The notes below the pieces were generated by a model. The model saw only the letters and a list, made by a program, of their open reading frames with translations. It did no database searches and was not told the origin of the DNA. Source: Vicugna vicugna (lineage: Eukaryota). From it: a stretch of DNA of 64,000 nt. Location of the stretch: the NCBI GenBank assembly GCA_013265495.1, contig MU058045.1:841986-905985 (forward strand), in the 5' to 3' direction. The first letter of the stretch is position 1; each line of letters starts with the position of its first letter. The position numbers were made by a program, and so were the translations under genes. Positions 26,510 to 40,330 of the stretch are shown here, piece by piece.

Positions 26510-26735
26510 AGTGATTCTCAAACTTTGTGGTTTAGGGCCGCTTTATATTCTTAAAAATTGTTGAGAACTCCTAAGAGCTTTTGTTTATATAGATTGTAGC
26601 CATCAATACTAACTGCATTAGAAGTTAAAAGCAGACAGTTAAAATATTTATTTACTCATTGCTTTAAACATAACAATAATAAACCATTACATACTAACAC
26701 AAATAAATTAACTTTTATGAAAAATAACCCCCCAA
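26510..26735. mobile_element. hAT-Charlie DNA transposon end fragment
   Basis: tagtgattctcaaactttgtgg...cttaaaaattgttgagaactcctaagagcttttgtttat. Confidence 0.55.
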
Positions 26736-28174
26736 ATAATAAGTAGCTTAAACTAGCAAACGCTGGTTGTATTTTTTTATCTTTCAGTACGTGTCCACTG
26801 TGGGTCAGTGGCGGACATAGACTTAAGATTCCCTGACTGATAGATTAGCCACCATTTCAAACACTGCTGGTCACTGTGCCAGAGTAAGAGAGCTCTCGAG
26901 GGTCTCGTTCCTGCAGTTAAATGCTGTGGCCCAGCAGTGACCTGTCAGTTTCACTCAGCTCTCATTGGTCTGAGCTAATCCTGTGTCCCACCCGGCCACC
27001 GGGAGGCGTAATCCTCCCGGCTTGTCTGGTTGAGGAGGAGGAGGTTGAATGACACAAATGACCATCATAGAGGCAATATTTAATAGAAACCAAACTGCCT
27101 CTGATACTCACTGGCTTTGGGACCTTCCTCTTTCTCTGTCCCAACTTTCTTGTCCAGAAAATGGGGGTTTTCATGCCCCTTGTAGAGTGTTGTTACGAAG
27201 GTGAGAATAGCCCCTCACACATTCTAAGCTGTCTAGAAGTGTTTTCTGCCATCTACTGTGTTTATTCACAGTACAGACTTTTAGTCAAAGCAGTGGACTG
27301 AGCTGATAAGGGAGTCCACTCGCTGCCTTTTCCAAACATATGGGGACATGAGATGAAAGATTTTTTAAAAATGGATATGTACTTCTTAGCTGAGCTGGAA
27401 AGCAAGAAAGAGAGTTCTCCAGGTGTCAGAAGTGAGGGCACCGACCCATCACGGTGAGTGGAGTTGAAGCCTCGTGGCCCTGGGAGATACCTGAACAGCT
27501 CCATACCACAGGGGCTAGCGTTCAAACACCCACGCCGAGGCGGGAGTTGAGACTGTGGTCCCTGTGCGCTGTGCGGGGCTGAAAGCGGACTCTCCATATA
27601 AAGCCAGGAGCCGAGAAAGGACAGTTTTATGGGAAAACGAGTTTCCCCCATCCCCACCCAAGAACAAGATGCCCAACGAGGCCACCCACCTTGGGCCACA
27701 GCCGCACTTACATTTTTAACGTGTACACTTAAGTTTACATTTTTCTAACAAAGTCTAAAGCAAATAAATCTCTCCGAATAAATCAAGTTTAAAATTCTTA
27801 AACTTTCCTTCAAACTCCTCCCCTCTGATGTTGTTTTAAACTGAAGCTCTCTTTTTTTTTTTCTACAGTCAGTATTTTATTTAGATTTACCAACATGTTT
27901 TTACTGGATTCTGTTACAATTGTTGTATTCATGCTATTACTCAGCTCTTCTAATTTACTTCTTTTGATTTGGAGAACTACACTTTTAAACACCAGGAAGC
28001 TTTCATGCTTACAGCCCCCTCCCCCAGCAGAAGTATGTTTTTAAGATTGTAAAATCTTTTAAACCTTTGAAAGGTACTGGTCAGAACTTTACATTTTCCT
28101 TCTGCTCCTTGGAGTATTTCTGTGTCCCCCAGGTGAGTTTTGGTTTGTTCATCTCAGTCTTTTCTCTTTCACGC

Positions 28175-28545
28175 TGTTTTGGGCTGAGTTATGTCCCCTT
28201 CAGAATCCATAGGTTGAAGTCCTAACTCCCAGAACCTCAGACTTTGATAGTATTTGGAAATAGGGTCTTTTCAGAGGTGACTTAGCTCAAGTGAGGTCGT
28301 TAGGGTGGGCCCTAATCCAGGATGACCAGTGTTCTCATAAGAAGAGGCGATCAGGACACAGACACACACAGAGGGAAGACACAGGGAGAAGACGGCCGTC
28401 TGCAAGCTAAGGAGAGAGGCCTCAGAAGAAACCAGTTCTGCTGGCACCTTGATCTCATACTTCAAGCCTCTAGAATGGTGAGGAAATAGATGTCTGTGGT
28501 TTAAGCGCCCCAGCCCTGGTACTTTGTTAAGCAGCCCGAGCAGAC
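28175..28545 (+). mobile_element. MLT1A/B-type solo LTR
   Basis: tgttttgggctgagttatgtcccc...gttgaagtcctaac...tatttggaaatagggtcttt...gagaggcctcagaagaaacc...gtactttgtt. Confidence 0.85.
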
Positions 28546-29789
28546 GCCTGCGCGTGCTGTGGGCTTCTCCTTGCGCATCTGCTGATTCTTCACTGGCTTC
28601 GTGTTTATGAGCCAGGAACCACGTTGATGAGTATAGTTGGCCGACAGGCTTTTCTCGGCATGTCGGTTGGTTTACTTACTCCGGGATCTTCTTTCTTGAA
28701 TGTCCTCCGTATAGATGGTCCGTGTAGACCAGCAGGTAGCTCTTCCTTTAGGGCAGAAGAGGACACAGCAGATTCAGAACTCTTTGCTTTAAGCCTTGCC
28801 CCAAAATCACTAAGGGAAGGAGAACTTTAACCTTGGGGTGCCGTCTTCTATGTATTTTATCTCTTTTCGCCTCTGTGTGTCTCTTAGAGACTCTTCTTTG
28901 ACTCCTGTGCTAGCCTGGCCACCAACCCCAGGGGCACTCCCCAGGCAGAGAGAGCTGCTCTGGGGCTCCAGCTGGGGGCCAGCACTGCAGACCCGCCTCC
29001 GCTGGACGGGGGTGAGGGCCGGCCGGCTCAGCTGCTCTCTAGACAGCTCTCCCCTCAGATGCCCTGACTCTTGCCTCACAGCCTCTTCTCTGTAGGCCAT
29101 TCTTTGGCTCCCAATAGCCATTGACTCCAAGCTTGGAGCTTCTCCAGGGTTCTATCAGGGAGAAAGAGCTCCTGTCTGTAGCACTGATCATGTATTTCAA
29201 GTTGCTTTTTTTTTTTTTTAAGTTTTGGTCTATTTGCCAATATAGTCCTAGCTATCTTTTTTTTTTTTTAAAGAAAGCCTTTAAAATGACTTATTCACTG
29301 ATAGCACTCCTTCATGTTTTCTGAGCCACCATGGATTTATTCTTTCAGAAAATATTTTTACTGGCAATTAATGGTGCTCTTGGGAAGGAAGGGGGCAGCT
29401 CTACTGTCTTGAGCTCAAAGTCTCTTTTATACTTTTTTACAAGATCCCAGTATCTATAGAAATCATTTTGATGAAATAGCTAGTGTTCTGGAAGCTTCAG
29501 CTAAGCAAGTTTTTAAGACAGTCTGTGAAAGCTGTTTTCTAGGGCTTCTGTGATGTGAGTTCTACCTCCATGTTCTCATCTGATGTGTTTATAGATGCAT
29601 TTGCTTGAAGATAAGACAGTTAGAGATATGGAACTAGGTGATTATTTTCCATGCACTTTGGGTATTAAGTACTCAGTGATGTAAAATCAGTTCTTTATCA
29701 GAACATTCATTATTCATCTGTAGGAAGGGGCTAGTTTATAGTAACGGACTAGTGGGAGAGAGAGAGAGCCAATGAGAGCAAGTTTGTTA

Positions 29790-30260
29790 TTCCAACACCA
29801 ACTGGGTGTCCAATAGTTTAATTCCATTTTGACACTGTTTACTTGGAGTTAATGTCAGATGTGAAGGCTCAGCCCCCAAGACTGCCCTCACTTTGGATTC
29901 CAGCCACCAGTCCCGAGGATCCCTAAGCACTTCTGCCCCACTGGCCACAAATACAGGGTTCCCACGACCCCCCTTCGGGAGTCCATAACTTGCTGGACTG
30001 ACTCACAGAGCTCAGGAAGATGTTATACTTACAATTACAGTTGTGCTGTAAAGGATACAACCCAGGAAAGCCAATGGAAGAGGTACAGAGAGCAAGGTCT
30101 TGGGGTCGGGGTGCCCACTGAGCTTCCGTGCCCTCTTCAGGCACATCGCCTTCCCAGCACATCAATGTGTTTACCAATCCAGAAACTCCCCAAACCTCAT
30201 TGTTCAAGAGTTTTTATCCAGGCTTCATTGTACAGGCATGATTGAGTAAATCTTTATAGT
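29790..30260. mobile_element. MER21-like LTR fragment
   Basis: actgggtgtccaa...aagactgccctcactt...gactcacagagctcagga...tttaccaatccagaaactc. Confidence 0.65.
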
Positions 30261-30859
30261 CATGTGAGGAACCCAGATTCTTTAAATTTGTTGGCTTTGC
30301 AGAAATGATACTCAGACACATGTCTGATGTTCATCTGGCTTTGCCAATGGCTTTAACTCTGATGATGACCTGGGTTGGGTCCACTCTGGGTCACAAGGAC
30401 TTATTTTGCCCTCTGGTCTAGTGCCTCCTTTGCCCCTTTCTTCTAGGCCAATATCTTGGTCTTTTCTCTGGCCGTGTAGCTGGTCTGAGAGGTCATCTAA
30501 TGAGAGAGAGGCAAGGATTTTCCAAAGGAAAATCTGTGGACACAGTTGTCAAGGAAAAGGTCATTTATCCTCGGGCCCTGGGACAGCTGGCCTAGGTGAT
30601 TCATCACGCTTCCTCTCCCCTGGGCTTCACCGCAGTTCCTAGCTGACTTCCAAGAGGGAGGCTGTCAGGCCAACTGTAGCAGCTGAAGTGGAGAATGGAG
30701 GACAAGAAAGCCAAAACGAGAGACCCGAGGGAAGCCAGAGTAATCACAGATGCGAGGGCAGGTCGCGCTGGGAGCTCTGCCTTTTGCTGCTTTGACCCAG
30801 CGATAATGCTGTCCTTTTGCTGACGTTCTTGCAGGCTGGGGTGGACTTGGAGCTCTCCG

Positions 30860-31860
30860 TGGACGCTATGTCGGGGGTCCCCAGGGCCACCCCCGGGTTT
30901 GGCGCTTTGCTAGAAGGACTCACAGGACTCAGCATATACTTGTCAGCTCACTAACATTTACGTGTAACCCCGAAGTCAGTACTCTGAGTGCCTCCGCCGT
31001 TGCTCACAGACATCGTGAAGAGGTGAGCATTTCGAGTTATCCGATGAGCACGTTCCCAGCCAAAGGCAGACCAGGCGGCGCTCTGCCTTTTCATTTCTGC
31101 TCCAGAGGTGACCAAAGAGGGGAGGCTCGGGCTCCGGGGCCAGATGGACGTTGTTTGAAGCTCGGCTCTGGCTCCAGTTAGTGGGGCAGCCTCAGGCAAG
31201 TCAGTTAGCGCTTCTGAACCCCATGTTCTCTTCTGAAAAATGGAGAGTATAGAATCTACCAGGATGAGCTGTTTTCAGGATTTCAGGCACACATGTACGC
31301 ATACCTGTTTCCTTCAGGAGTGGAGGCTCCGTATTTGCGAATTCAGTGTTCACGGTGGCTTTGTAGGCTGCCACTCCCATGAATAACAAGAATCGGCTCT
31401 AGTTAGACTCGTGGTTATTATGAGGATTTGTTACAGTGAAAGAGCACAGAGCAAAATCAGCAAAGAGGAAAGGCGCGCGGCAAGGTCCAGGGAAACCCAG
31501 GCGTGAGCTTCCCACGGGCCTCTTCCAATGGGTGGAGCCACAAGATGCGCTCAGACCCCCGGCAGCGCATCGTGACACCTGCGAGATGTTGCCAGCCGGG
31601 GCATCTCACAAGAGACTCAGAGCCCAGGGTTTTTTTTGATGGGATTGGTCACGGAGGCACACGCCCCCTGGCACAGTCCCAAATTCGAGAAGGAAAGCAG
31701 ACATTCAGCATAAACTATACTGTTTATACAGTTTAGGAACAGCAACCACACTTATCAGTTAGCAGTGGGAACCCTCCCCAAATCCAAGTTCCCAAACACC
31801 AACCAAGGACCAGTTTTGGAAGAAAGGCAGTCAGGCCGGCTGTGTTAACTCTTTTCTGTC
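30860..31860. mobile_element. MER21-like LTR split by a Tigger (MER82-like) insertion
   Basis: ctagaaggactcacaggactcagcata|TA...TA|gttagactc...gcaaaatcagcaaagaggaaaggcgc; the LTR sequence resumes after the insertion. Confidence 0.7.
30939..31399 (-). mobile_element. MER82-like Tigger element with its interior replaced by MIR-like sequence
   Basis: TA flanks at 30937-30938 and 31400-31401. The right end is the reverse complement of the recalled MER82 5' end, and the left part matches the MER82 3' region. ~31110-31290 is MIR-like. Confidence 0.65.
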
Positions 31861-33499
31861 CGTGGGCCCCCACTCAACATGGTTCGTTTATCCTGTGCCT
31901 ACATCTCTCTGTGCTGGGAGGATCTGTGAGGGGCTGAGAATGTGTGATTCCTGAGACGAGGAAGGGAAGGGGATCTGGTGGGGGGCGGGTGGAAGCTGCC
32001 GGGGACCCATCCTCACTCCTCCGTTTCATGTGGACTCTGTGAAGGTCGTGTCCCTTAGGGAAGACCTTCCGCTAAGCTTGGCCTCTCGCTACGAGTCACA
32101 GAGAATGTGCTTTACTGAGTGGAAGTTGTTTAGCATCTGGGGTGGTGAAAAGGATTGAAGAGCGCTGGTAATAAAAACCAAAGCAGCAGGAAGGAAGTGG
32201 TCTGATTAGAACCAAGTGCTTCGGCCGGGAGAGACCGCGCGGGAGAGGAACCCAGGTTGGTTCAGAACCATTAAAGCGGCTGGAGCACAGAGGTAGCCCG
32301 GCCTGGCCCGGGTGCTTTGGGGAGGAACACGGGGTTCTCCTCCATCTGGACGGTCCCGCCAGGAGAGAGGAGTCAGCAAAAACATCCCGAATGCAATGAT
32401 GGAGACCTTTTATTTTTTATTGTTACTGCAGTTGTTTCATACTGCATTTTAAATAGTCACTAGGAACTGGGTTGACATCAAAGGTAAAATAGTTCTGTCG
32501 GCCAGTTTGGTTAGTTTGAAATCCATAAACACAACTTTAAAAAAGTTTCTGTTGTGTACTGAGGAATTAACAACCAGCCTTTGAGCGTGTTTCTGTGGTG
32601 AGTGTTGTGTACCCACGAATATGTGAACTTAAGGAGACCCTGGTGTGTTTCTGACCTTGGGGTCACCTGGGTAGGGTCATTCGAGGCCCTGTACTCGGAA
32701 GTGACCCTCACCTTGCTTCCTGGTGTCACTCCTGACTCCTGTAGGACTTGTACCACCAGACTCCTCCTCCGCTCAGCCTGGGCTGGTGATGGGAGTGAGG
32801 TAAATGCTCCTTTACTATTTTGTCACCCAGTCAAAGAGCATTGGAGTCGCTATTTTGGTTTTGTCTTGTTTTAAAAACAATACTTTCTCTTGCACTTTTT
32901 CTTGCCAGAAATGGGCAGAGTCTGGGAAGCAGTAAGTAGCTGGGATTAGGAGAGCCGTGTCTCAGGCGGGCTCATGGAGAGATGGCTGGTGGTGGCGGTT
33001 TAGGGTGTGAGTTGGTAAGGCGATTGTTTTTGTTTTTTATCTTAAATCACATATGTACACGTAACCTGACTAACACCATTGGAGTCAGGCCTCAGTTTTC
33101 CATGTGAAGAAGGAGAAGGAGACACGGAGCATCTGTGTGAGTGTGTGTGTGGATACACAAGAGAGACAGACTCAGACTTGAACGGGAGTAGGTCGGATGG
33201 TCTAGTTCACAGTCCGTCGTGCCCCAGGTGGTAGAACTCCTCCCCCTGCTCGGAAGTCTGCGGGCAGACCCGGTGCCTCCCGTGGCACACCGCGAATTCC
33301 CCTGTGCTCCTTTGTCTGACTGCAGCTAACACTGAGCCACTCAGTCTTTCTCTAGGTTGAGTTTGAAAGCCCCGTGGAGTGTAGGTTACAGGGAGGAGAC
33401 ACAGTACCAAGATAATTAGGAAAGCTTTTGTCCAGCCTTCTCTCTCAATTTGTGCCACTAACCTTGGAAATTGAGTACCTTTTTGCTACCCATAGAAGC

Positions 33500-33915
33500 A
33501 TGGAGTCCCAGGTTGGGATCTCTTGGGAGCAGACTCAGGAGGGAGTTCAGTATGTGCGATGTTTACTGGGGAGTCCCTGTGGGAACCACACCTGCAGGAG
33601 GGAGGCCACAGAAGCAGGATGGGCAGAGGGAGAGGCTGAGCTGGGAGACAGCTTTAGCCAACCCCTCGGGAAGCTTTGGAGCCAAAGTGGCTTCATGTGG
33701 CTGGGTCTTTAGACCTCATTTCAGTCAGTCATTGGATGCGGGATGCCCTGGGGAGAAAGAGCATGTCCTTGGGCAGGACAGCTTTGTGCCCTTGAGGCAG
33801 TCCCTAAGGAGGCTGATGGCCAACGGCCAACTGCTGAAAGCACTCCTGGTAACTGGGGTCCCAAGTCCTTCCTTGAAGGAGGAACTCGGTGGTGCGTCTC
33901 TGTTGGGTCCACCAC
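33500..33915 (-). mobile_element. ERVL solo LTR (LTR16-like)
   Basis: gaagcaggatgggcagagggagaggctgagctg, cagtcattggatgcgggatgccc, cccttgaggcagtccct. Confidence 0.6.
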
Positions 33916-35739
33916 ACGTTGGATCAGTTTCAAGCATTTGGAAATTGTTCAGTCTATAGAGTAAGAAATCAGCAGGTCAGATGGGATGTGAGTCACCTGG
34001 AACGCACGTCTCTGGAAATGATTGACCCGTACCAGACGTTTTCAAAAGATGTTTATAAATCTTTGGAATTAAACCCGTATATTGCTTCTAACCTACTTGT
34101 AACCGTAGCTTTGTTTGCAGTTAGGATAAAAATAAGGAACATTGTGTCTTTCCACCTTTTATAGTTAAATGTGTATTATTATGGGAGCTGTATATTTTAG
34201 GGCCTTCTGCCTTTAAAAACTGTTACTCAGTTATAGCTTGTTTAAAAATAACCGGAATCTGTAAGCAGATATAGAGGGTTCTCTTCAGGAACTTGAGAAA
34301 TAAGAAAAAACCCAAACGCAGTAGGAATGATTATTTGCTTTGTTTCACGTGCACCAATGTTCTGCTCACCGCATCATACCTCTTTTACTTTAAAGAAAAA
34401 CTGGTTCCAGACTTTCCGGTTTTATTCTTTAAAAAAATTTCACACTTTGTGAGTAATTCTTACTATTAACTAATTAACTAAGGGAAGGATGAAATGGGCA
34501 GATTTTTAATTGGAGATGGAAACCACTTCAAGCACCCAGCTCTCTCAGTTCCGTGGGAAGTAAGACGGGTTTCCTTGGAAATTAGCTTGCATGCTCTCTC
34601 TACCTCTTAACATAGAATAAAATAATAACTCCTCCACAAGAAGGGTTCTCCTGTGTCTCCCATCAACTCGAGCTCCATTCTGAATTAACGTTTGTTAGAA
34701 GCGCGAGGGGCAGTGGCAGCTGTGTAGGATGAACGGCCTCCACCTGCCTGGAGCAGCTGCGGGGGGGCAGCGCAGGTGGCCCCTGGGCTCCGAGGCCTGG
34801 AGCAGCTTCCTGGAGTTTTCCCAGGCTCTGAGACCCTCTGGAGAGTGGGGCGAGCACCCCAGCTTTTCCTCTTCTCAGGGGAGGGGTGACCTGTGTTTCA
34901 GGGCAGCGGGAGGTGGCGGAACCTCTGTCTTGGTCTTTGCTGGATGGTGGGATCTAGAAGCGTGGGTGCTGTGCTTCATCCTGCGGAGCCTCAGGAACTG
35001 ACGGAGCCTGAGACTCGGGCAGGTTACTAGCTCCCCTGCACCCCTCAGTCATCTCGTTTCTCGAGCAGGAAGGTAACAGTACCCAGCCCTGGGGGGCCCT
35101 GTGAGGGTTAGGTGGGATGGAACGTCTGGCGGGCACGCCGCCTGGCGCGCAGCAGCTGGTGGCTGTGACAGTCATCCCGATGCCCGTGCTTCGTGGGTGG
35201 CTGTGGAGGTTTGTTGAGTGGGGGCTCCGCTGGTTCTCACGGAGCCACTGGGCCACACCACTGTCCCCGTTACCCTGTCGGGCTGAGGGAGCTGAGGCAG
35301 GGGTGCGCTGCACACGGTCAGTTGGCCACAAGTGTGGAGATTTAATCATAATACCTTTTTAGGAGGAAACTGGCTGGGAACCTGTAATACCCTTTTTTGA
35401 GTTTTTGTGGTTTTACTTAGCAATGGAGAGACGTTTGCTAGCCCTTAAATTCTTATTTCCACACTCGATGTTGAAACGTCAAAGCGTTAGGCCTGCCCAG
35501 CAGCCAGGTGTCTTCTGTCTTGGAGGCCGTAGTTAATTTATTGCCCAAGGTGATTAATGTGTTGAGTCCATCCTTTGGAAATAGGTGTTCCCCACATATT
35601 TTCCAAGACCATCTTGTGCAAACTCTGCCTATCTGTTTTGATATTTCCTCCATCTAGTTTTCCCAGGTGCCCTCCCTCCCACCCCCATTCCCTTTTCTGT
35701 GAACATCAGGGCATGAGAAACAGGGGAAGACTATTTAAG

Positions 35740-35990
35740 AGTCCAGTGGTTAAGAACAAAGGCTTTGGACTTGGAGAGCCCCCCTCGCCCTCCCACTCCC
35801 ATTCTCTAGCTCTGGGACCAAGAGCAATTTTCTTAATCTTTCCAAGCTTCGTTCCCCATGTGTAGAGCAGGGATGATAACACCTACCTTATGGGCTATGA
35901 GGATTAAGCTAAATAGGACCCTGCGTGGGCGATGCTCAGCACAGCCCCGGCCCCAAGCCAGGCCCTGGACGTCCTCCGTAAATGGCAGCC
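35740..35990 (+). mobile_element. MIR SINE
   Basis: gtggttaagaacaaaggctttgga...gggatgataacacctacctta...gaggattaa. Confidence 0.75.
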
Positions 35991-37439
35991 TTGTTGTCCC
36001 TGCAGCGCCCGGAGATGTCGGAGTGCCGTTCGGTTTTTCATCCTCCGTGATGACAGGCGTGCTGCTCGAAGAAATGTTTGAACTCGCCTTTTTGAAAGTT
36101 CAGCCTCTCCAGGTGACCCTGCACACCTGTGATGTGGCTGATCTCAGGGTATAAATTTCTCCAGCGCACAGAATTTCCTTTTCACCATGCACAACTCATT
36201 CTTGATATTAGGCACTGGCCTCGGAGCCTTCTGGTTTTGATTGGCCAGTCAGGGTTCACCAAGGCAAATTCTTTCCCGAGATCGCTCCATATGTTCAGGA
36301 AAGGGAGTGCTGGGGAGCCGCACAAGCCGGGCTGGAGACGCGAAGCCAGGAGACGGCGTGTGTTGCCATTTTCAGCGACTCCCGGTGGACAGCCGGGCAG
36401 GATGATTAATATTTTAGCATCTTTGTTCTTTCGGTTTAGTTCTAAGGCTAGCGCTGTTTAAATCACTCTGAAAATAACATGCCTGACGTTTCTACAGTTA
36501 AAGAAAAAGAAAAAAAAGCAACCTGAAGAAATAATCCTCTGCCTATTACTGCGGAAACCTTTTTGGTGAGAAAGAGAAAATTGGATGACTTCGGGGAGAA
36601 GACTGATTCTGAACAGCTTCGTGGTGGAGAATACATTAAAACCTAGGAAGCTCAAAGGCGTGACCAATCGTGTGTATTTAAGAGGCTGAGATTGGCACCA
36701 CAGGGCACTTGGGTTCCATCGCTGGTCCCTGTGTCTGACCACCGCGCTGGTTTTAGACATTTATTATGTACCCCCTTCTGACTCTTCACTTAAGACACGC
36801 ACTTGAGATTTTTCAGCACATAGAGCCCTCCAGGAACCTCAATATTGTACTGAGGAAGTACTGGAGACCAGAGGCCAGGGTTTCATTTCATATTTAAGTA
36901 CTTTTCTTTCCTTCCTGTGCTGTTCTGTAAACCGAAAGGGGAAGTTGTTCAGGGACCTCTTATTCAGACTACCCCGTGTAAGGCACACGGCTAAGTTTGA
37001 GATTCAATTTAAGGGTTACACTGAGCGGTGGACTTACAGGTATAAACAGTTGCCTTGGGTCGTAGCTCTGTTCCTAAAATAATCACATGTCATAATTGAA
37101 AGATCGTAATTGCAGATCATAATTTAAATCCCTCAGCATGCTGCTCTATTTATAGGAATGCCTTAGTTGCTTCCTAAAAAGACTTTCTGCTCTTTTCGAT
37201 AATTGCCTCTTGCAGCTGCTGATTTTTAAGCATCAGACTTAAGAAAGCTGTAGAGCACAGCTCTCCAAGCAGAATCTTTCAGTCCTACGATAAATAGAAT
37301 ATTTGATTAAAGAGTTAAAATTGATTTGATTTGGAGGCTAGAACTTAATGCAAGAAAATGTCTTTTAATGAAATAGATTCCAGTGTTATCTTTTATTATC
37401 CGTAATTCTGCAGCAGGGAAAAAAACATGTAATTGTTCC

Positions 37440-37620
37440 TGTGTATTGGGTGCCTCCTCTGTTCCAGGAACTGCTCGTGCTGGTTTATGTATTGTATTTT
37501 AGTGCTATTCTCATTTTACAGATGAGAAAACTGACCCTGAGGAAACTGAATACTCTCCTAAGATCCCATAGGAATAACATGACGGCGCCCTCTCCGGCTT
37601 TGTACCCGTGGACGAGTAGG
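37440..37620 (-). mobile_element. MIR SINE
   Basis: ctcattttacagatgagaaaactga core. Confidence 0.7.
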
Positions 37621-39419
37621 CATGGGGCATGTCCTGCAACGGGGATTCCTCCACATTACTGCTGGAGACTCTCTCCCCCTTTGTAGACGACCAGGGAGAT
37701 CTTGCTTCACTCCCTTTAGGGCCCAGGTGAAATGGCTGTTTCTTCCTTGGACTTTGTAGGTCCTGGGTCCGCATCTCCTGGTGCCTGGGGAGGATGGCTG
37801 GCTCCTCTGCTGAAACTCCTCTCCAGCTAGTTCCCTGACTCTCCTCCTCCGCTCGTGAGGCCCCCACGTAAGGACTCAAGACGGTGCCCCAAACAGTCTC
37901 TCCTGGTTGCAGACTCACTTTATCAGAAGGAACAGTGTTGGAAGATGATTGCTGTTTAGGGTTTCGTTGTATGTTTTATCATTCCACATCTTTGTTTTTT
38001 CCTTCCCTGATAGAAACCCTTGAGAGGCAAAAGAACTCGGGGTTGAAAAGAGGTTTTGTTGTCAGTTCAGTCACAACGATCTCTGCTTTGGTTTGCTTGA
38101 CTGTTATTAAGTTGCCGGGGTAGGTGTCTTCCTGAAGCCCCTCCAGGGCTCCCCAGCTGCTTCCTCTCTTGACTTCGGGCCCCCTCCTGTGAAGGCCGAG
38201 GCTCCGGCTCTCTCTAGGTGACACTGGTGCCCCTTCTCCGCCAGAACTGGCCACGTGGTCTCGTCCCTCCCGACTGCGTAAATCCACCCTCCCCCCTTGC
38301 ATTTGGGTCTGGGTACCTGACTGTCCTTGGGGCTTACTGTGAATCTGTTCTAACTGGGAAAGTAAGGCTTTCTCTTCCTTACCTTATACTGATTTCTGTC
38401 TCTGTTTTATTTCCCAAAGGAATGATGTATTAATAGTTTCCTAAGGGGGCTGAGCTAGAGTCTAAGGTGGTGGCAGGTAGAGGGTGTGTGCCCTTGGGAA
38501 AAGTTCCAGGTGATTCTGATACAAAACCCTTCACCATCCTGCCCCCTCTCCAAGTCACCCCCTCCACGTGGACCTTGTGCGTTGCCTCCGTCCCCTCCCA
38601 GGATGGGATTCTGTGGGTAAGCTATATCTTGGATTGGTCCATTGTTCAGATCTGTCAGAGAGGAGAACATTTTTTTTTCAGGAGCTGTGTGCATGGTGAA
38701 AAATATGCAATTTTTAAGGACCTCTCATTTTAATTGGCAAGGTGGTTAATTATTAAAAAAAATAATGATAGTATATAGAGATCAGAGCTGTCAGAGAGGT
38801 AAGAATGTGGTAGTCATATTAGTATGACAATTATCCCTTTAAAAGAGGGACCACCCTGTGACTGTGAGAGGAACCTACTAAATTCACCGTAACTTATTTT
38901 TGTCACTGTGTCATACTGATATGACTCGCTTTTTGTCTACCTCTTACCCCCAAAAAAGAACGGCAGTGATGACAACATCCAGGAGTCAGGGTAGTTGTGA
39001 CTGTTGTGATGTGCTTGCAGGGGGAGGGGACAGCGGCAGTTCGGAAAACTAGATTAGCAGCTCCAGAATGTGAAAGCTTCTTTAAACAAACAACCCCCCA
39101 CCAAAACCCCATCATTTCTACAAGCCTGTAGATACATCCCTGTATCTTTCCCGAAGTCGTATTGCTCAGCCACAGAAGCAGAGGCGTTGCCACTGGCATC
39201 ACACGGTGCTTACTTACTGTGCTCTTGGTTAAGCCGTTGTCCCTGAGCTCCAGACACGCCCTCCTGTGCGCCCCTCTGCGATGCTGGGGCCGGCACCCTG
39301 CCAGCCCCCTCTGCCTGCCAGTGGGCTTCCTGGGGAGCTGTGCCGGCAGGGGATGCCGGAAGGATGCTGTGAGGTTGCAGGACAGAAAGGGAAGGCACTT
39401 CTTGTTGGCTTCCTGTCTG

Positions 39420-40330
39420 CTTGCATTGCACCAGCCGGCCGTTCCCCTTGTCAAAAGTTGGGTTGATGATGGGCAGGTGACGTGTCCCCGACAGTTAAAT
39501 GTGAAGGAGGAGCCCTTCTGGGGCCGCTGGCAGAGGCTTTCTCTCTCTTCTAAGAAAGAGACGACCCATCCTTTCCTTCTTCCGGAAGGCATGTCTGGAT
39601 GTGACACCTGAACTGCTCTAGTGACCACCCTGTGACTGTGAGAGGAACCAGCTTGAGGCCAAAGCCCTCGCTGAGGCCAGAGGAGCAGAGACTGGCAGGC
39701 CGGGTAATGGCCCCAGAGGACCACGTCCAGGTCCTGGGACCCTATGTGACATTACGCAGCAGAGGGGACTTGGAGATGTCACTAAGGTTACAGGCTTTGA
39801 GAGAAGGAGATGATTTTGGATGGTCTGGATGGGTCCAGTGTCATTACAAGTGTCCTTAAAAGTGGAAGAGGGCGACGGGAGAGCCAGTGTCAGAGTGGCA
39901 TGATGTGTAAAGGACTCGGCCAGCCATTGGTGGATTTGGAGATGGAAGGGGCCACGAGCTAGGGAGCGCAGGCAGCCCCTGAAGCTGGCAATGCAAGGAA
40001 ATGGACTCTTCCTTGGATCCTCCAGAAAGGAATGCAGCCCTGCCAACACACCGCTTTTAACCCACCAAGACCAGGTCAGACTTCTGACCCCCAGATCTAT
40101 CTGATAATAAGTTTGTGTCATTTTTAGTCACTAAGTATGTGATCATTTGTTACAGCAGAGGTAGGAAACTGATACAGAGTTGGAAGGAGCCCGGTGACTT
40201 AATGACTCTTTTGAACCTCTCATCCGCTGACCCTGGAGCTCTTCTTGAATTTCTCATCACACAAGACAAGTTGTTGAATCCAGTTTGAGTTGAATTTCTG
40301 CTGCTTACAGCCTAAGCTGTCCTAATCGAC
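39420..40330 (+). mobile_element. Older MLT1 LTR interrupted by a younger MLT1C/D-type LTR (~39695-40176)
   Basis: Inner element: aatggcccc...gtcattacaagtgtcctta...gcaaggaaatggactct...gttacagcag...aactgataca. Outer 3' part: ccagtttgagttgaatttctgctgcttacagcctaa. Confidence 0.7.

Noticed and set aside
38903..39724. Longest ORF in the track (273 aa, minus strand)
   Set aside because: It overlaps LTR-derived GC-rich sequence, shows no recognisable domain and has no splice support; a chance ORF.
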